From Eledone cirrhosa (lineage: Eukaryota): DNA of 64,000 bases. Below the pieces are notes generated by a model. It worked only from the letters and a program-made list of their open reading frames with translations. It had not been told where the DNA came from and did no database searches. Numbering within the stretch: the stretch's first letter is position 1; every line of letters starts with the position of its first letter. A program made the position numbers and the translations under genes. The DNA lies in NCBI GenBank assembly GCA_964016885.1, contig OZ024741.1, positions 237,212,001 to 237,276,000 of the forward strand. Reading direction: 5' to 3'. This document shows, one piece after another, positions 41,106-54,938 of this stretch.

Positions 41106-41296
41106 AATAATTGTTTCTACTTTTGGTACAAGACCAGCAATTACCCTAGTGCATTACTAGTGCTTTATTTTATCGACCCCGTAAGGATGAAAGGCAAAGT
41201 TAACCTCGGCGTGATTTGAACTCAGAACGCAATGGGACATAGCTCTATGCTGCAAAGCATGGGGTCTGACGTTCTACCGATACTGTCAATCCACCG
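41106..41296 (-). mobile_element. SINE family A copy
   Basis: Homologous to 1671-1861. Confidence 0.85.
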
Positions 41297-42453
41297 GATG
41301 TTTTGTTATGTCTTTTTCTTGCATCCCGTAATGATAGTTTCTTTTCTAGTGAACAGATTATTGTAAAAATGTGCAGTATTGAAGTAAAAACTTTAATTTT
41401 TAATGTGATGCAGTTTTTATACTTTTCATCCATGTCTTGCTCATGTGGTACAGGGCATTATGAATTAATCATATTACACATAAACATACATACCATAATA
41501 TTTTTAACAAATAACTTTTACACTACGAAGGCAATCCAATGATGAACTATAATACCATTATTAGAATTTATTCTTGAAATCCAGTGTAATTATAATCCTT
41601 TCATTGGCAAGCGGGAGAGGGTGTGGTAATATTAGAACTATTTATACAACCCACCCATTTCCTTTTGGCTTTGATCTGCTGTCAGCCAGGACTGTCACCA
41701 TGTTTTGGTTCTCGGGTGGGATCAGAACATTCTGGGTAGGCACTGTAATTCGCAATAATTCTAAGGTAGAGTTTCAGAATAAGCATATCTCCGTAATTTT
41801 TTTCTCTAAATTTGAGGGTTTACCATTGAAAAGTAGGGAGTCTTACGCCTTTCTTCGTGACGACTCCGCTGTCTGCAACTGTTTACACATTTCTTCACAA
41901 CCAAAATAAAAAAAAAATGTTTGTGAATAAACTAAAGGATTTATTTGAATAATTCGTCCCCCCCCCCCCCCCCGAAATTATTTGTTTGTGATATGTTTTA
42001 ATACCAACCTTTTTCTTTACAACAATAAGGTGTAGCACTTATGAATTCGAGAAACAAAAGTATCTTACCTAAAGCTTTGACAGGACTTGCAGGTTTCATT
42101 GTTTCATTTTATTGACGGGATTTTCATTTCATTTTAATTCATTTTCATTTTATTGTCTGTCATGTTACACCTCAAATGACCCCCCACCCCCCCACACACT
42201 CCATTAATTATATATTGTTTGATTTTTAATTGTAAAATCTTTGATTAACAACTTTTAGTTGAGGTTGCTCTGCCGTGTGACAGTTCCCAGATTCCAAATT
42301 TGTTGTATTCTCAAGTATAGAATATATTAATTGACTTTTTCAAGACTATAAAATAACGATTTATAATTTAGGAAGAAGGTAGTGGTGGTGGGGAGCGATG
42401 AAATTTTAGAAGTAACATTAATAGTAATAGTTACCAGTAGTAGGATTGCAATG

Positions 42454-45400
42454 TGTTGTATTATTTTGTACCAAATCAAAGGTTTTTATTCAATCTAAGA
42501 ATAATATAGAAAGAGTCAATAACAGAAGAAATTAGTATGGGTCAACAATACAACAAACAAGAACAGAACGAATGCAACGAATAAGAATAAAAAGGAATCA
42601 AATCAAAGAGAAGAAAGTGATGCTATATAACAAAGCATATCATCACATTCTTTCCCTCTAGCGTTAGTCGTTGTATCGCATTGGCCTCACTACTAAGCGT
42701 CCTCGGCGTGTTCTTTGTTGTTGGGGTGTGTTATTCGAGGTTAAGAATGTGTCAGAAGATTCATCGTCGTCGAATTCAGCACTCTCTGTAGGATTGTCAT
42801 CGGCGGTAGATGTCATACTTTCGTTCCCAACTGCCACAGGTGGAGATATTGCTGTTGGTTGAGTTAAATTGGCGCCTTTTGGGGAGTTATTATTCTGACA
42901 CTCCGATGTTGTTGAATTTCCATTGTTTTGTGGTGATGCTGGTGGTGCGAGATTTGTAGTTAAGACTGTGTCTATTCTTCCACTATTAAATTGTACCTTG
43001 GCAAAGTGGGGTAAGATCGTCTCGATGAGTTGAACGTTTTCCGTGAGATCATCACCTTTATTCCTTATGTGACGTCGATGTAGCACGATTGTGCCCGGTT
43101 TATTTAGAAACTCTGGTATTTCTGTGCCGTTGTTTGTCGATCTGGTGAATGAAAATACTCTTTCATGTGGTGTGGCGTTTGTAGCAGTGCAAAGCAATCC
43201 TCGGATAGACGACAGATCGATTGGAATCATGTTTCTCCATTTTTATTGAGATTATTTGTCTTCAATGCCAGACTTATCGCTTTGCATATTGTGCCGTTAA
43301 CTCTTTCGCATTGGCCGTTGGCTTGGGGTCGATATGGCGTAATGTGGCTTTTTATAATGTTATTACTTCATAAGAAATCTTCGAGTTTTTGTGATTCAAA
43401 TTGACGTCCCCTATCTGTATGAATCGAACTGGGTTTTCCAAATATAGAGAATATCTCCAATAGATGTTTAATTACTACGTCCGTTGTTATCTCTTTACAG
43501 GGAATGGCGAATGGAAAACGTGAGTACTCGTCAACTATAGTCAATATAAATCGAAAACTGTTTGAGATAGCCATGGGACCCACAAAGTCCATTGATAGTC
43601 TTTCCCAGGGTCTTGTGGCATGTATTAATCTTCCTTTGGGTGGTTTATAGAATTGTGGTTTACATTCACGACATACTTTGCAATTGGCGATAACTTCTCT
43701 TATTTCATTAATAGAATATGTCAAGTTCATTGATTTACAATAATGTAGAAGTCTGGTGACCCCCAGATGACATAGACGTGAGTGATTATTGTATAATTCG
43801 TGTTCCGTCTTAGTAGAGCAGCAGCGCGATAGGGCGTCTGCGGCTTGGTTTAATGAACCAGGTCTATATGAGAAGGTAAGGTTAAAATCGCTTAACTCCA
43901 GTCGCCAGCGGGCTACCTTCTCGTTTTTAATCTTGGAAGTGTGTTTTTGTTGAACGCAAATGTAACCGATCGTTGGTCTGTTATGATATTACAATGTGGA
44001 ACAGCGCTGATCATATGCCTCCATTTTCTACAACATTCTATAATTGCGCAAGCTTCCTTTTCGATGATGGAATGTCCTTTTTCTGACTTATTTAGGGTTC
44101 TACTAAGAAAAGCAATTGGACGACCATTTTGTGATAGAGTTCCACCAATGGCAATATTTGATGCGTCGGTTTCGATTATAAATGGTGCAGTGAAATCGGG
44201 TGAACACAGTGATGCCTTTATGAGTTCTTCCTTCATCTTATTAATAGTAGATTTTTCTTCGTTTGATAGACCTTGTTTATCAATGGTGTTTCTTGCCTTT
44301 GTAAGAACGACTGAGAGCCCTTAATACATTTAGCATAGTATGCAAAAAGACCGATTACCTGGTTCAACTCTTTTAACGTCTTTGGGAACGGCATGTCAAT
44401 AAGGGCTTTATACCTTTCAGGGTCCGGTCTTAATTTACCTTTTTCTATGACATGTCCAAGGAAATATATTCTAATTTGATTAAAGCTGCATTGTCTCGAT
44501 TCAATTGCATATCTGCATTGTTAGCTGCATTCATGAATTGCTTTAGGTTATGGTTATGTTCTTCGACTGTGTCTCCTCCTATAATAATTGTTTCTACTTT
44601 TGGCACAAGGCCAGCAATTACCCAGTGTATTACTGGTACTTTATTTTATCGACCCCGTAAGGATGAAAGGCAAAGTTAACCTCTGCGGGATTTGAACGCA
44701 GATCATAAAGGGACGTAATTCTATGCTTCAAAGCATGGTGTCCGACACTCTACCGATACTGCCAATCCATCTTCTCCTATAATAATGTCGTCAAGGTATG
44801 AGTAGGTATTTTGTAAGTTGTAATTGTCTATGAAAGTGTCCATTATTCGTTGGAAAATTGGAACGGCATTTCTGCATCCAAGACGGGTAAATTCGTATAG
44901 TCGGCCACAGGCCACGAATGCAGTCAACTTAAAGTCGGAAGATTTGATGGGTATTTGGTGATAAGCCGCCTTTAGATCTATTTTCGAGAAATACGTGTGT
45001 TTTGAAATTTTGTTGAGTAGGTCTTCGATTATGGCATTAGGGTATGAATCTAATGGTGTGTAACGATTTATAGTGCCTGAGTAGTCTATGACAAGACGTT
45101 TTTTTTGTTTTCTTGATCTATTACGAAGCACTGCGCTCTCCATGGGCTTCTGCTCTGTTGAATTATTCCAGCTTTAAGCATTCTGTCGATTTCCGTTTTA
45201 ATGAATTGCTGGTCTTTGTTGTATTTTTGAGGAGGTATAGATAATGGTTTTAATTTTGTAGTATCGATACCAGGCATTAAATCATATTCTTCACAATTCA
45301 GAGTTTGCATTGACATACATATCGTGACTGGTCTCATGTCCCCCGCATATTTTATTGTTAAAGACTTATGCCTTTTAAATATATCAAGACCCATAACTAC

Positions 45401-46617
45401 TGGAGCAATGAGTTTGTCAACCACCATTAGATCGATGTGGTATTCTCAGCCCTCCCATTCTAATGTTGTTTCAAACGTACCTCGTATTATTAGTTTTCTT
45501 GAATTTACTTTGCCATTTCGACAAGAGGTTCATGTCAATGAAAGACTTGACTGAGCCTGTGTCAAGTAAACCTTCTGTTTTATGTGAATTGACATAAATT
45601 GTTAAAAGGTTTGTATTATGATTCACGGAAGCAAGTTTATAACAGGCAGCAAGATTACTGCCATCATAAGCTTCATCGGGCCCTCGTTAATATTCAAGAC
45701 TGCTGCGTGTTTTATCTTCTTTAGTACCTTCTTATTTATAACAAAACATACTTTTGCCCAGTGGCCTTTCTTGTGGCAGAAATTGCAAGTTGAATTTTTT
45801 GCAGGGCACTCTGATTTTTGGTGATATGAACCACCACACCATTTTGATGAAGAAGCAGCGAATACAGGTTGTGACGGCGGTTGTATTGTTGTTGTTGGTT
45901 GACAGATTTTATGCGTCTTCTATTGTCAGTTCTAATGTGAGAGCGGTTTGGAATATTTTATCTAGATTTTCGTCAGGTGATTCCAGAAGTCGTTGTTTTA
46001 TGGTGGCGGATTGAACACCCGACACGAACGCATCACAAATCAACAATTGTCTATGTTGTTCCCCTGTTAGGGGTTTAGTGGGGCATTTCTTTGGAAGGGC
46101 TTTTAATTCAGTCATGTAGGCCTCCAATGTGTGCCCTTCTTGTTGACGATTGTTGCGTAGTTTATATCGGGTCATTATTGATGAGCCTTTCTTTTGAAAT
46201 TTATTATCAAGAATGGATAACCTCATCGAATGATGTTGCTTCTTCAATGAGAGTAGAAGCACTGGCTCCGCAAAGAAGCAGAAGGACTGACAGCTTACTT
46301 TCGTCAGGAACAGACAAGTTTTCCAAATAGATCGCCAACATTCTCTTCCAGTAGGCATAATCGGATTCACTAGGATCATCCGGAAGAATTTTTTTGAATA
46401 TTTTCGGATTCATGATTGAATAAAATTGTTGTATTATTTTGTACCAAATCAAAGGTTTTTATTCAATCTAAGAATAATATAGAAAGAGTCAATGAGAGAA
46501 GAAATTAGTATGGGTCAACAATACAACAAACAAGAACAGAACGAATGCAACGAATAAGAATAAAAAGGAATCAAATCAAAGAGAAGAAAGTGATGCTATA
46601 AAACAAATCATATCACA
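42454..46617 (-). mobile_element. Gypsy LTR retrotransposon (Mag-like gag), full length but degenerate
   Basis: ~190-bp LTRs at 42454-42647 and 46427-46617 (TG..CA); PPT TAGAGGGAAAGAA; domain order gag (CNFCHKKGHWAKVC)-PR (LLDTG)-RT (YLDD)-RH (ETDAS)-IN (SMDF, TDRG); no clear TSD. Confidence 0.92.
44589..44773 (-). mobile_element. SINE family A inserted in the Gypsy RT
   Basis: 13-bp TSD CTCCTATAATAAT at 44576-44588 and 44774-44786. Confidence 0.9.
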
Positions 46618-47379
46618 TTGGTGAATATGTATATATTTTGTTTTCATTTATTGTGGTGGTGGTGGTGGTAGGTTTGATTTTTAAACCTGGCGGACTTCAT
46701 CTCCTCACCATATCTAAACAACCGACTTCTCCCAGAGAAAGAGAGAAAGGAGTGTAAAAAACACACAGCGGAAGAATTGACCCCAGTAATGAACTGATAC
46801 TTTCTTATTGACATCGGAAGGATGAAAGGAAAATTTTGACCTCGGCAGAATTTGAGCTCAGGGCGTAAAGAGCCGGAACGAATACCGCGAAGCATTCTAT
46901 TTGACGTTCTAACGACTCCGCCAATTCGCTGTCATCTGTATTATGTCAATATTGATTGAAGTGACCAACAGCGATCAGATTAGTAAATATTGATAAATAT
47001 ACGCACGTGTTCCCTACACACAGAGCAAAAAAAACCACAACCTCCTTCCCCATGATTGTTGACCAACAAAGACCGCGACGCTGCTGCTGCTTCCTGCTTC
47101 CCATTCCGTGATGTCACATGTCCCTGCTTCTTCTCGCAAGGCTCTCCGGCCCCATGAAGTCATTGGCCCTTATACTTCTGGCAAGGCTCCAGCCCCCCCC
47201 CCCCCTCCTACTCCCATTAATCTCAAAGATCACCCCCATCACCTCACTTCATGTGGAAATCCGCAATCTACCCCAGTGCCCTACCCTCCCGCTGTAACCT
47301 CAGTAAAACTAAGGCGTTGCTTGCATCCTCTTTTTCTTCGTTGCCGTCCGACAAATTGCCGATCCTGCGGGCATCCAAG

Positions 47380-48565
47380 AGATGATGTGGAATTCCACCT
47401 ACGGACGCGTTGTTTCGGGAATTACGGCTGCTACTGTTCCTTTCCTCATTGAGACGTGTAGCGTGCATTTGGAGGCTTGACCTAGATTTCGTCTCCGACC
47501 AGTACGAATGTGGTCTTTCTCCCTTCGGATGTCGCCATTCATATTTAAATATCGCTCTGTGTGGTACTGACTCCTCAGTCTGACCTGACCGCGGTGACAT
47601 ATACCAAAAACACCGACTCAATTGGTGACATATGTCTCCTCTCCGCCATGGCCTTGATTATGTCTCCCCACGACCCCATTTCCACTTGGCCTATACGCCG
47701 CTCTAAAGAAGAGATTCAATTTCCCCTTTTCAAGCATTTCCATCAGCATCTCTGAGTGAAATGCAATGAATGCCATTATCCATCACTAGTTCATTCACAG
47801 GGCTCCCCTCCAGGAATATTTCCTTCAGCATTTGTGTAATTTCACCACCCACGTCTTTAGTTCCGTCTATATTGTCATTCACCCCGATCTACAGTCGACC
47901 ATTGAGCGATACCTCTCCTGTCGGTAGTGCATCATATCCACTGCCAGTCGTTTCCAGTTATGCTCAACTGGGATGTTTCTCGTCTCGTGCGCACCCGGGG
48001 AGGGGTCGATGTACTGATACCTGTCACAACTCCTGACCACTTTCTGCATGCTCTTTCTGGTAACATCGGAGTCAATTTTCCTGGCTAGGAACAAGGTCTT
48101 GTCCACTCCAATGTGATGCATGGTATGCAGTCTCTTTAGCTCCGAGCCATTCAGCCAATACATTGCAGTTACGCTCCGCTCTGAACCCTCTGGGACGTCT
48201 AGCTAGGCTTTCTTCGCCCAGGTTAAAACGTCCACTTTATTCTTTTCCGAGGGCACAAAAATCACGTTCAGATTGAGGCCGAACTCAGCGACTAGCTCTC
48301 CCAGAATTCCCAAGCGTCACTTTATTAACATCTCTGCTGCCCCTTTTGCTCGTCCCCTCCTCTCATCGGTAATTACTGATCTCACCCATCTGAGTACAGT
48401 GGCTGAATCGGTTCCGATTTCGATGGTACTTAGTCCCCATCTCATGGTTAGATTCATTCCCTTCAGTACGGCGTCCAATTCGGCCACATTGATGTGGTTG
48501 CAGTCGTCCTTCTTCCTGGGCCAGGCTGTGTGCTCCACCTCGACACCTCCTATTTACAGAATGGC
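47380..48565 (-). pseudogene. Degenerate LTR-retroelement RH-integrase fragment
   Basis: HINVAELDAVLKG, TDSATV, HHIGVDKTL..CDRYQ; paralogous to 50040-51250. Confidence 0.75.
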
Positions 48566-48579
48566 CCCTACCACTACGG

Positions 48580-48745
48580 CGAATTTTTAAACGAATGGGT
48601 ATGCACATACCATATTTTCTTTTAAAAATTGGTTGTGGACCCCACATATCTCAATAACCCATGGCTTGTCACTCATGCATTTACCCAATGGGGGAAAACT
48701 ATCGGGTTTTCTACAGTTAAAATTTACCAGTGCATGTCGATTAAA
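48580..48745 (-). pseudogene. Internally deleted Penelope GIY-YIG fragment
   Basis: FNCRKPDSFPPLGKC (compare CNCR..CPL.G.C), then YVGSTT and HTHSFKN across frameshifts. Confidence 0.55.
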
Positions 48746-48929
48746 ATCTGTATTTGTTCTGTCGTTTAGGGTAGATGCGTTGGTGTTATAGGAATGTCCA
48801 CTTGCTATAGTTGATTTGGTGTGGTACAGTGGGTTGAGATGGAGATGAAAATGAGAACGGATTATTATAGAATATAAACTATCGTGGTCCATTTTACGAT
48901 TCGCCCACGACGTGAAAGAAATGCGATTG

Positions 48930-51400
48930 GCCGCTTAGGAGGCGTTACAATGAGTGAGGATGGAGTAACGTTTAGTAGCGCAGGAAAACCATGCACCGTG
49001 AATGCACAAGGGGGGAACATGGAGAACCATAAAGAAAAATGTGTTGTTCATACCATTCAAGACAAGTATTTCTGGGCTGTGTTCGACGGTCAACGGGGGA
49101 TAGTTGAGTGGTACTGGAAATAGGAGCACCCGACGTTGAAGAACAGAGTGAACTGCTATCAGCATACCCTGAAAGGGAATGTTAGGAGCGAGTTTGAGGG
49201 GGAGGTGCAAAGATGGATCTAGGAAGGCATATTAATCCATTTGAAAGGGGAGATAAAGAGCTGCTAATGGCAGTAGTGCAGCCAACGAAGAAGACGATTT
49301 GGCTGGTGCTAGACTTTCGTGAACTGAACGAATACGTGTCGTGTCACACAGACGGCGAGGTTACAGATGTCTGCGGAGAAACCTTGCAAGAATGGAGACA
49401 AATGACGGAGCCTCCACGATTGTTGACTGAAAGTCGGCATATCTGCAGCTACATGTAACTAACCAACTGGTAGTATCGTTTGGTTAGGTATAAGGGCCGG
49501 ACATACTGCCTGACCTAGCTGGGATTCGAGTTGAATTCGGCACCAAAGATCATGGCGACGGTCCTCAAGACCATTCTGGGAAAGGTGAACAAGGTGAAGA
49601 GGGCCACTAATTCCTACATTGACGATATCTTGGTAGACGAGACCGTGGTGGGAGCAATAGAGCTCTCAAGCCACCTAGAAAGGTTAGGGTTAACAGTGAA
49701 ACCACCAGAGGCGACGGGAGGAGAAGCTGCACTGGGACTCAGGCTGCGAAGAGACAAGACGAGCACATTGGTAATTCGGAGGGGGTTATGAGATCCCAGA
49801 AGTGAGTACCGGCATTGACGGACGAGAACTTTTCTCGATGTGTGGGAAATTGGTGGGCCACTATCCAATCGCGGGGTGGTTCTGAACAGAATGCTATGTC
49901 AAGAGGTGAGCTGGGGAGACAGTGGGAGAGAGGACGGTGGCGATGATGCGGGACCCGTGGGGAGGGTAAATGTGGTGGACCCAGTAAGAGGAAGCTGGTG
50001 TGTACCCAAATTGGAGAACGGGACCGTATGGTGTGATACCAGCAGCATAGCGCTGGGGGTCGTTCTGGAAATAGAAGGTGTCGAGGTCGAGGAAACAGCT
50101 TGGATCAGGAAGGACGACTGCAGCCATATCTATGTGGCCGAATTGGACGCCATGCTGAAGGGAGTGAATCTCGCCCTGAGATGGATGCTGCATACTATTG
50201 AGATTCGTACTGATTCTGCCACTGTATACGGATAGGTGAGATCAGTGCTTACCAGCGAGAGGAGGGTGCGAACAAAAGAGGCGTCAAAGGTGCCAATAAA
50301 GCGCTGCTTGGGAATTATGGGAGAACTAGCTGCTGAGTTCGGCCTAAAGTTGTGTGTGGTCATTGTTCCCTCAGAAAGAATTAAGTGGACATCTTAACCA
50401 GAGGGAAGAAAGTCTGGTTGAAAGTGCCTGAGGATTCGGAAAAGGGGATAGCTGCAGTGTGTCGGCTGAGTAACTCGCAGTTGAGGAGGTCGCATACTAT
50501 GCATTATATGGGAGTGGATATGATCCTGTTCCTAGCGAGAAAAGTCGACTCCGACGTTACCAGACAGAGTGTGCAGAAAGTGGTCGGGAGTTGTGACAGA
50601 TGTCAATTTATCGGCTCCGTCTCGGGCGTGAACGAGACGGGTAACATCCCAGTGGAGCACAACTGGAAGCGATTGAAAGTGGGTGTGATACTACCGACAG
50701 GGTACGTATCTCTCGATGGTCGATTGCGATCCGGGGCGGATGGCAGTATGGAGGGAGATGAAGACGGGGACTGTGGAGGAAATCGCACCAACGCTGAAAG
50801 AGATATTATTGGAACGGGGCCCTGTGGATGAACAGATGATGGATAAAAGTGTGTGTGTATGTGTGTGTGTGTGTGTGATGTTTCATGGGTGGAATGTGAG
50901 CTGCTTCTTCAGAGCGGCGAACTTCAAGCCGAGTGGAAATGGAATCGTGGAGAGACACCGTGACACGATCAAGGAAATGGCAGAGAGGGGACACATTTCA
51001 CCAATGGAGGCGGTATTTTGGTACAATATATCGCCTCGGTTGGGACAGTCCCAGGAGTCGGTGTCACACAGGGTGATATATTGATATGAATGGGGACACC
51101 CATGCCCGTTATTACAACGACCTGTGGAAGAGAGAGAGAGAGCATACTTTCGTGCAAGTGAGCGAGGAAGTCTGGGTCAAGCCCCCAAATGCGCGCTGCA
51201 CATCTCAATGGGGAAAGGGAACAGCAACGGCTGTAAATACCCAAGACAACGTGTATGTGGATGAAATGCCGTGTCACATCTTGGATGTCAGCAGAATCGT
51301 TGATTTGATGGATTTCAAAGAAGAGGAGAATGAAAGCGCTCGACTTTGCAGAGATCACAACGGGAACGCCGCTCACCCAAGTGGACGGCGGATTTAACAT
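48930..51400 (+). pseudogene. Degenerate LTR-retroelement pol (RT-RH-IN)
   Basis: VLDFRELN, NSAPKIM, SYIDDIL, WCDTSSIALG, HIYVAELDA, SGNGIVERH; many stops. Confidence 0.8.
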
Positions 51401-51922
51401 GAGTACGATGATGAGGTGATTGATCCTTGACATCAGAGAGCCTGTGGAGCTAGGGAGCCGGAAGTACAGAGGAGGTCTTGCCGAAAGTGAGGTATCAGGG
51501 ACGTTACATGGGAAGTGCGGGTCGGTTCTCTCTCGTGGCACATGGGCTTGGACATGTGATGACTAGTGCGAATGAGAGTGTGAATTTTGCTGTTCTCTGG
51601 CCAGACTCAAAATAGGTGAGCCTCACGCATGGAGATTCAGTCCGGCACGGGTGGAAACGCAAAGGTAGGACCCTTCGCCTTTTATGACAAATTCTTTTTG
51701 CTTCAGTTGAACTGCTGAGGTAATGTTTGAATGTAAACTTGAAAGCATTGGGATTTTGAGGCATTATCTGCATTAAATAACAACAATTCAATAAGAAAAA
51801 AAAGACCCTGCAAAATACTTCAGACCAATAATCGCTGTTAGTAATTCGATTGTCAAATACTTTAAATCCGGTAAAAAAATAAATGCCAAGTCTTATCTTA
51901 ATTTCTCTATTTTGTATACCCT

Positions 51923-52297
51923 TGTAGTAAGACGCCTCACGCCTCCTGGCTGATAATGGAACAACCCTAGTTGTCTCCCCCTGGTTGAGAACACCAGAGG
52001 TAAACAGAGACAGCCACGGGAAAGCAGACTAAATACACGCCACAGAAAACAACCTCTGTACCACGAAACGATAAACAGCCAAGGGAACAGCAAACAGCAA
52101 ACCCCACAATACCTTTGTAATTGTAATTCACCACAACTGACCGCGTCTATATTTGGTATGTTTCATTTGTAATATAATAAACACATATAAACAAAATAAA
52201 CATCACCATTATTTACATTTGTTGAATATAACTCTCGTTGTGGTTATTGTCTTGTTTACGCACACACCCACTCACTTTGTCATAATTCTCAGTTACA
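51923..52297 (+). mobile_element. LTR (copy 1) of the CsRn1-clade Gypsy
   Basis: TGTAGTAAG...CAGTTACA, 375 bp, near-identical to 59378-59752. Confidence 0.9.
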
Positions 52298-53276
52298 AAA
52301 ATGGTAAATAGACGAGGGACCTTCCCTCACGTCTATGTCGATAAACAATCTAACTAGGATACATCCTTTTACCACACCCTTAATGTAATTTATTTTAATA
52401 CACTGGTATAATTTATTCTTTTTTTTTTTCTCAATGATAAAACGATAATTTTTTTTTTACTTAAAATACTGTGCATTTCGGAAATTTAGAAGGCTGTTAT
52501 TATTGTATTGTTGTCAGAGCTACCTCATCAGACGGGCACACTAGGCATTTTTCTATTTTTTGTTTGGTAGATCTAGATAGAAGTTCAGTACCCATGGTTT
52601 TCATATGGTCTCCGAAACCAGGGACATGTGGACAAGAAGGAGGGAGTGTAGAGTGGGGTTAAGGGGTTCGCTTCTCAACCATGTGGGTTCGGGTTCAGTC
52701 CCACTGCGTGGCACTTTGGGCAAATATCGTCTATAATATTTGGTGGATTGATATCCTGCATACATACACAGACACACACATATATATATACAATACATTA
52801 GGGTGGGGGTGGGGGCAACAAGGAAAAAGAATAACCGAGAACAATACAGTATAATGATATATATGTATATATATATATATAAATGAAATAGAATGAAACG
52901 AAATTTCATTTCTCACTCTTAGTACGGCACTTACTTAAATGTAAGTATGTATGTATACAGACGTACAGTAGTATCTATATATATACATACATGCACACAT
53001 ATATATATATATGCACGTATCGGTTTACCGAACATTTATTATAATTGTTTCTACTTTAAGCACAAGGCCAGCAATTACCCAGTGCATTATTGGTACTTTA
53101 TTTTATCGACCCCGTAAGGATGAAAGGCAAAGTCAACCTCGGCGGGATTAATGCTCGGTTTGTTTGTTTGTAAATAAACAAACAGCCCGAATTACGCCGT
53201 ACAGTGTTTAGGCAACCACGTCACCTTTTTGGAAAGTATATACTTTCAGACGTTCAACCATCTGGCAGGAAGGTAT

Positions 53277-53319
53277 ACGATGCTGACGATAGCTAATAAG
53301 CTTGAAACTAGTACATCGT
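53277..53319 (+). ncRNA. Minimal type I hammerhead ribozyme (predicted cleavage after 53313)
   Basis: ACGATG-CTGACGA-TAGCTAATAAGCTT-GAAA-CTAGTA-CATCGT; perfect 6-bp stem I. Confidence 0.87.
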
Positions 53320-53532
53320 TCCTGTGTCAGTGTTGAACAAAAAGGTGACGTAGTTGCCTAAACACTGTACGGTGTAATTCGGGCTGTTTGTTTGTTTACA
53401 AACAAACAAAACGAGCATTATAATAAATGTTCGGTAAACCGATACGTGCATATATATGTGTGCATGTATGTTTATATATACATACTACTGTACGTCTGTA
53501 TACATATATGTATGTACTTATACATACATACA

Positions 53533-53639
<107 letters not shown>

Positions 53640-53900
53640 GGAAAAAATGAAACGAAATTTCATTTCCCACTCTTAGTACGGCTGTTACTTAAATATAAGT
53701 ATGTACACGTACATACATATATTTATACAGACGTACAGTAGTATGTATATATATATACATACATGCACACATATATATATATGTACGCATGGATTCACCG
53801 AACATTTATTATAATGCTCGGTGTTTGTAAACAAACATCCCGTATTAAGCCGTAGTCTCTAGCAACCATCGTTGCTCGTTTGTTCATCACTGACAAAGGA

Positions 53901-53943
53901 ACACTGTACTAGTTTCAAGCTTATTAGCTATCGTCAGCAACGT
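53901..53943 (-). ncRNA. Minimal type I hammerhead ribozyme
   Basis: ACGTTG-CTGACGA-...-GAAA-CTAGTA-CAGTGT; stem I kept through two G-U pairs. Confidence 0.82.
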
Positions 53944-54565
53944 ATACCTTCCTGCCAGATTGTTGAACGTATATACTTACCTTATGCATATTAACGGCTG
54001 AGTAGCACAATTTGCATATCGAGTGGGTTAATCGGCCGGGTGCACCGAAATCGATAAACGGAAAAAATGAAATGAAATGAAATTTCCCACTCTTAGTACG
54101 GCTGTTACTTAAATATAAGTATGTACACGTACATACATATATGTATACAGTCGTACAGTAGTATGTATATATATATATATACATACATGCACACATATAT
54201 ATATATGTACGTATGGATTCACCGAACATTTATTATAATGCTCGGTCTGTTTGTAAACAAACATCCCGTATTAAGCCATAGTGTCTAGCAACCACCGTTG
54301 CTCGTTTGTTCAACGCTGACAAAGGAACGCTGTACTAGTTTCAAGCTTATTAGCTATCGTCATATATAGCTATTTGTAAAACTGTTATATATTGTATTTT
54401 GTCTGATGAAGGCATACCATAATTTAATATGGTATCCCTGAAATATGTATAAATATAGTTTCCATTTATTAATATCGTATATCTACTCCAAAAACTTGTC
54501 GAGTGCTTTATATAAGTTATACAAATATTTACTTGTTGTATCCCAACAACTTTAAATAGAACTTT

Positions 54566-54612
<47 letters not shown>

Positions 54613-54619
54613 TAATCAA

Positions 54620-54938
54620 ATCCCCCGAGGTCAACTTTACCTTTTATCCTTCCGTGGTCGATAGAATAAAGTACCAGTTAATTATTGGGGTTGATCTAAT
54701 CGACTTTTCCATTCCTCAGTCATAACTGCCCTTGTGCCTAAAGTAGAAATCAGTGGATTGGCAGTATCGGTAGAGGGTCTGACGCTATGCTTTGCAGCAA
54801 AGAGTTACGCCCCTTTATGGTTTGAGTTCAAATCCCGCCGAGGTTAACTTTGCCTTTCATCCTTACGGGGTCGATAAAATAAAGTACCAGTAATGCACTG
54901 GATAATTGCTGGCCTTGTGCCAAAAGTAGAAACAATTA
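54620..54938 (+). mobile_element. Two adjacent SINE family A-related copies (duplicated at ~62025-62343)
   Basis: GAGTTCAAATCCCGCCGAGGTTAACTTTGCC...GTAGAAACAATT. Confidence 0.8.

Noticed and set aside
42449-46622. TSD for the minus-strand Gypsy
   Set aside because: The flanks (CAATG vs TTGGT) do not match, so no TSD is claimed
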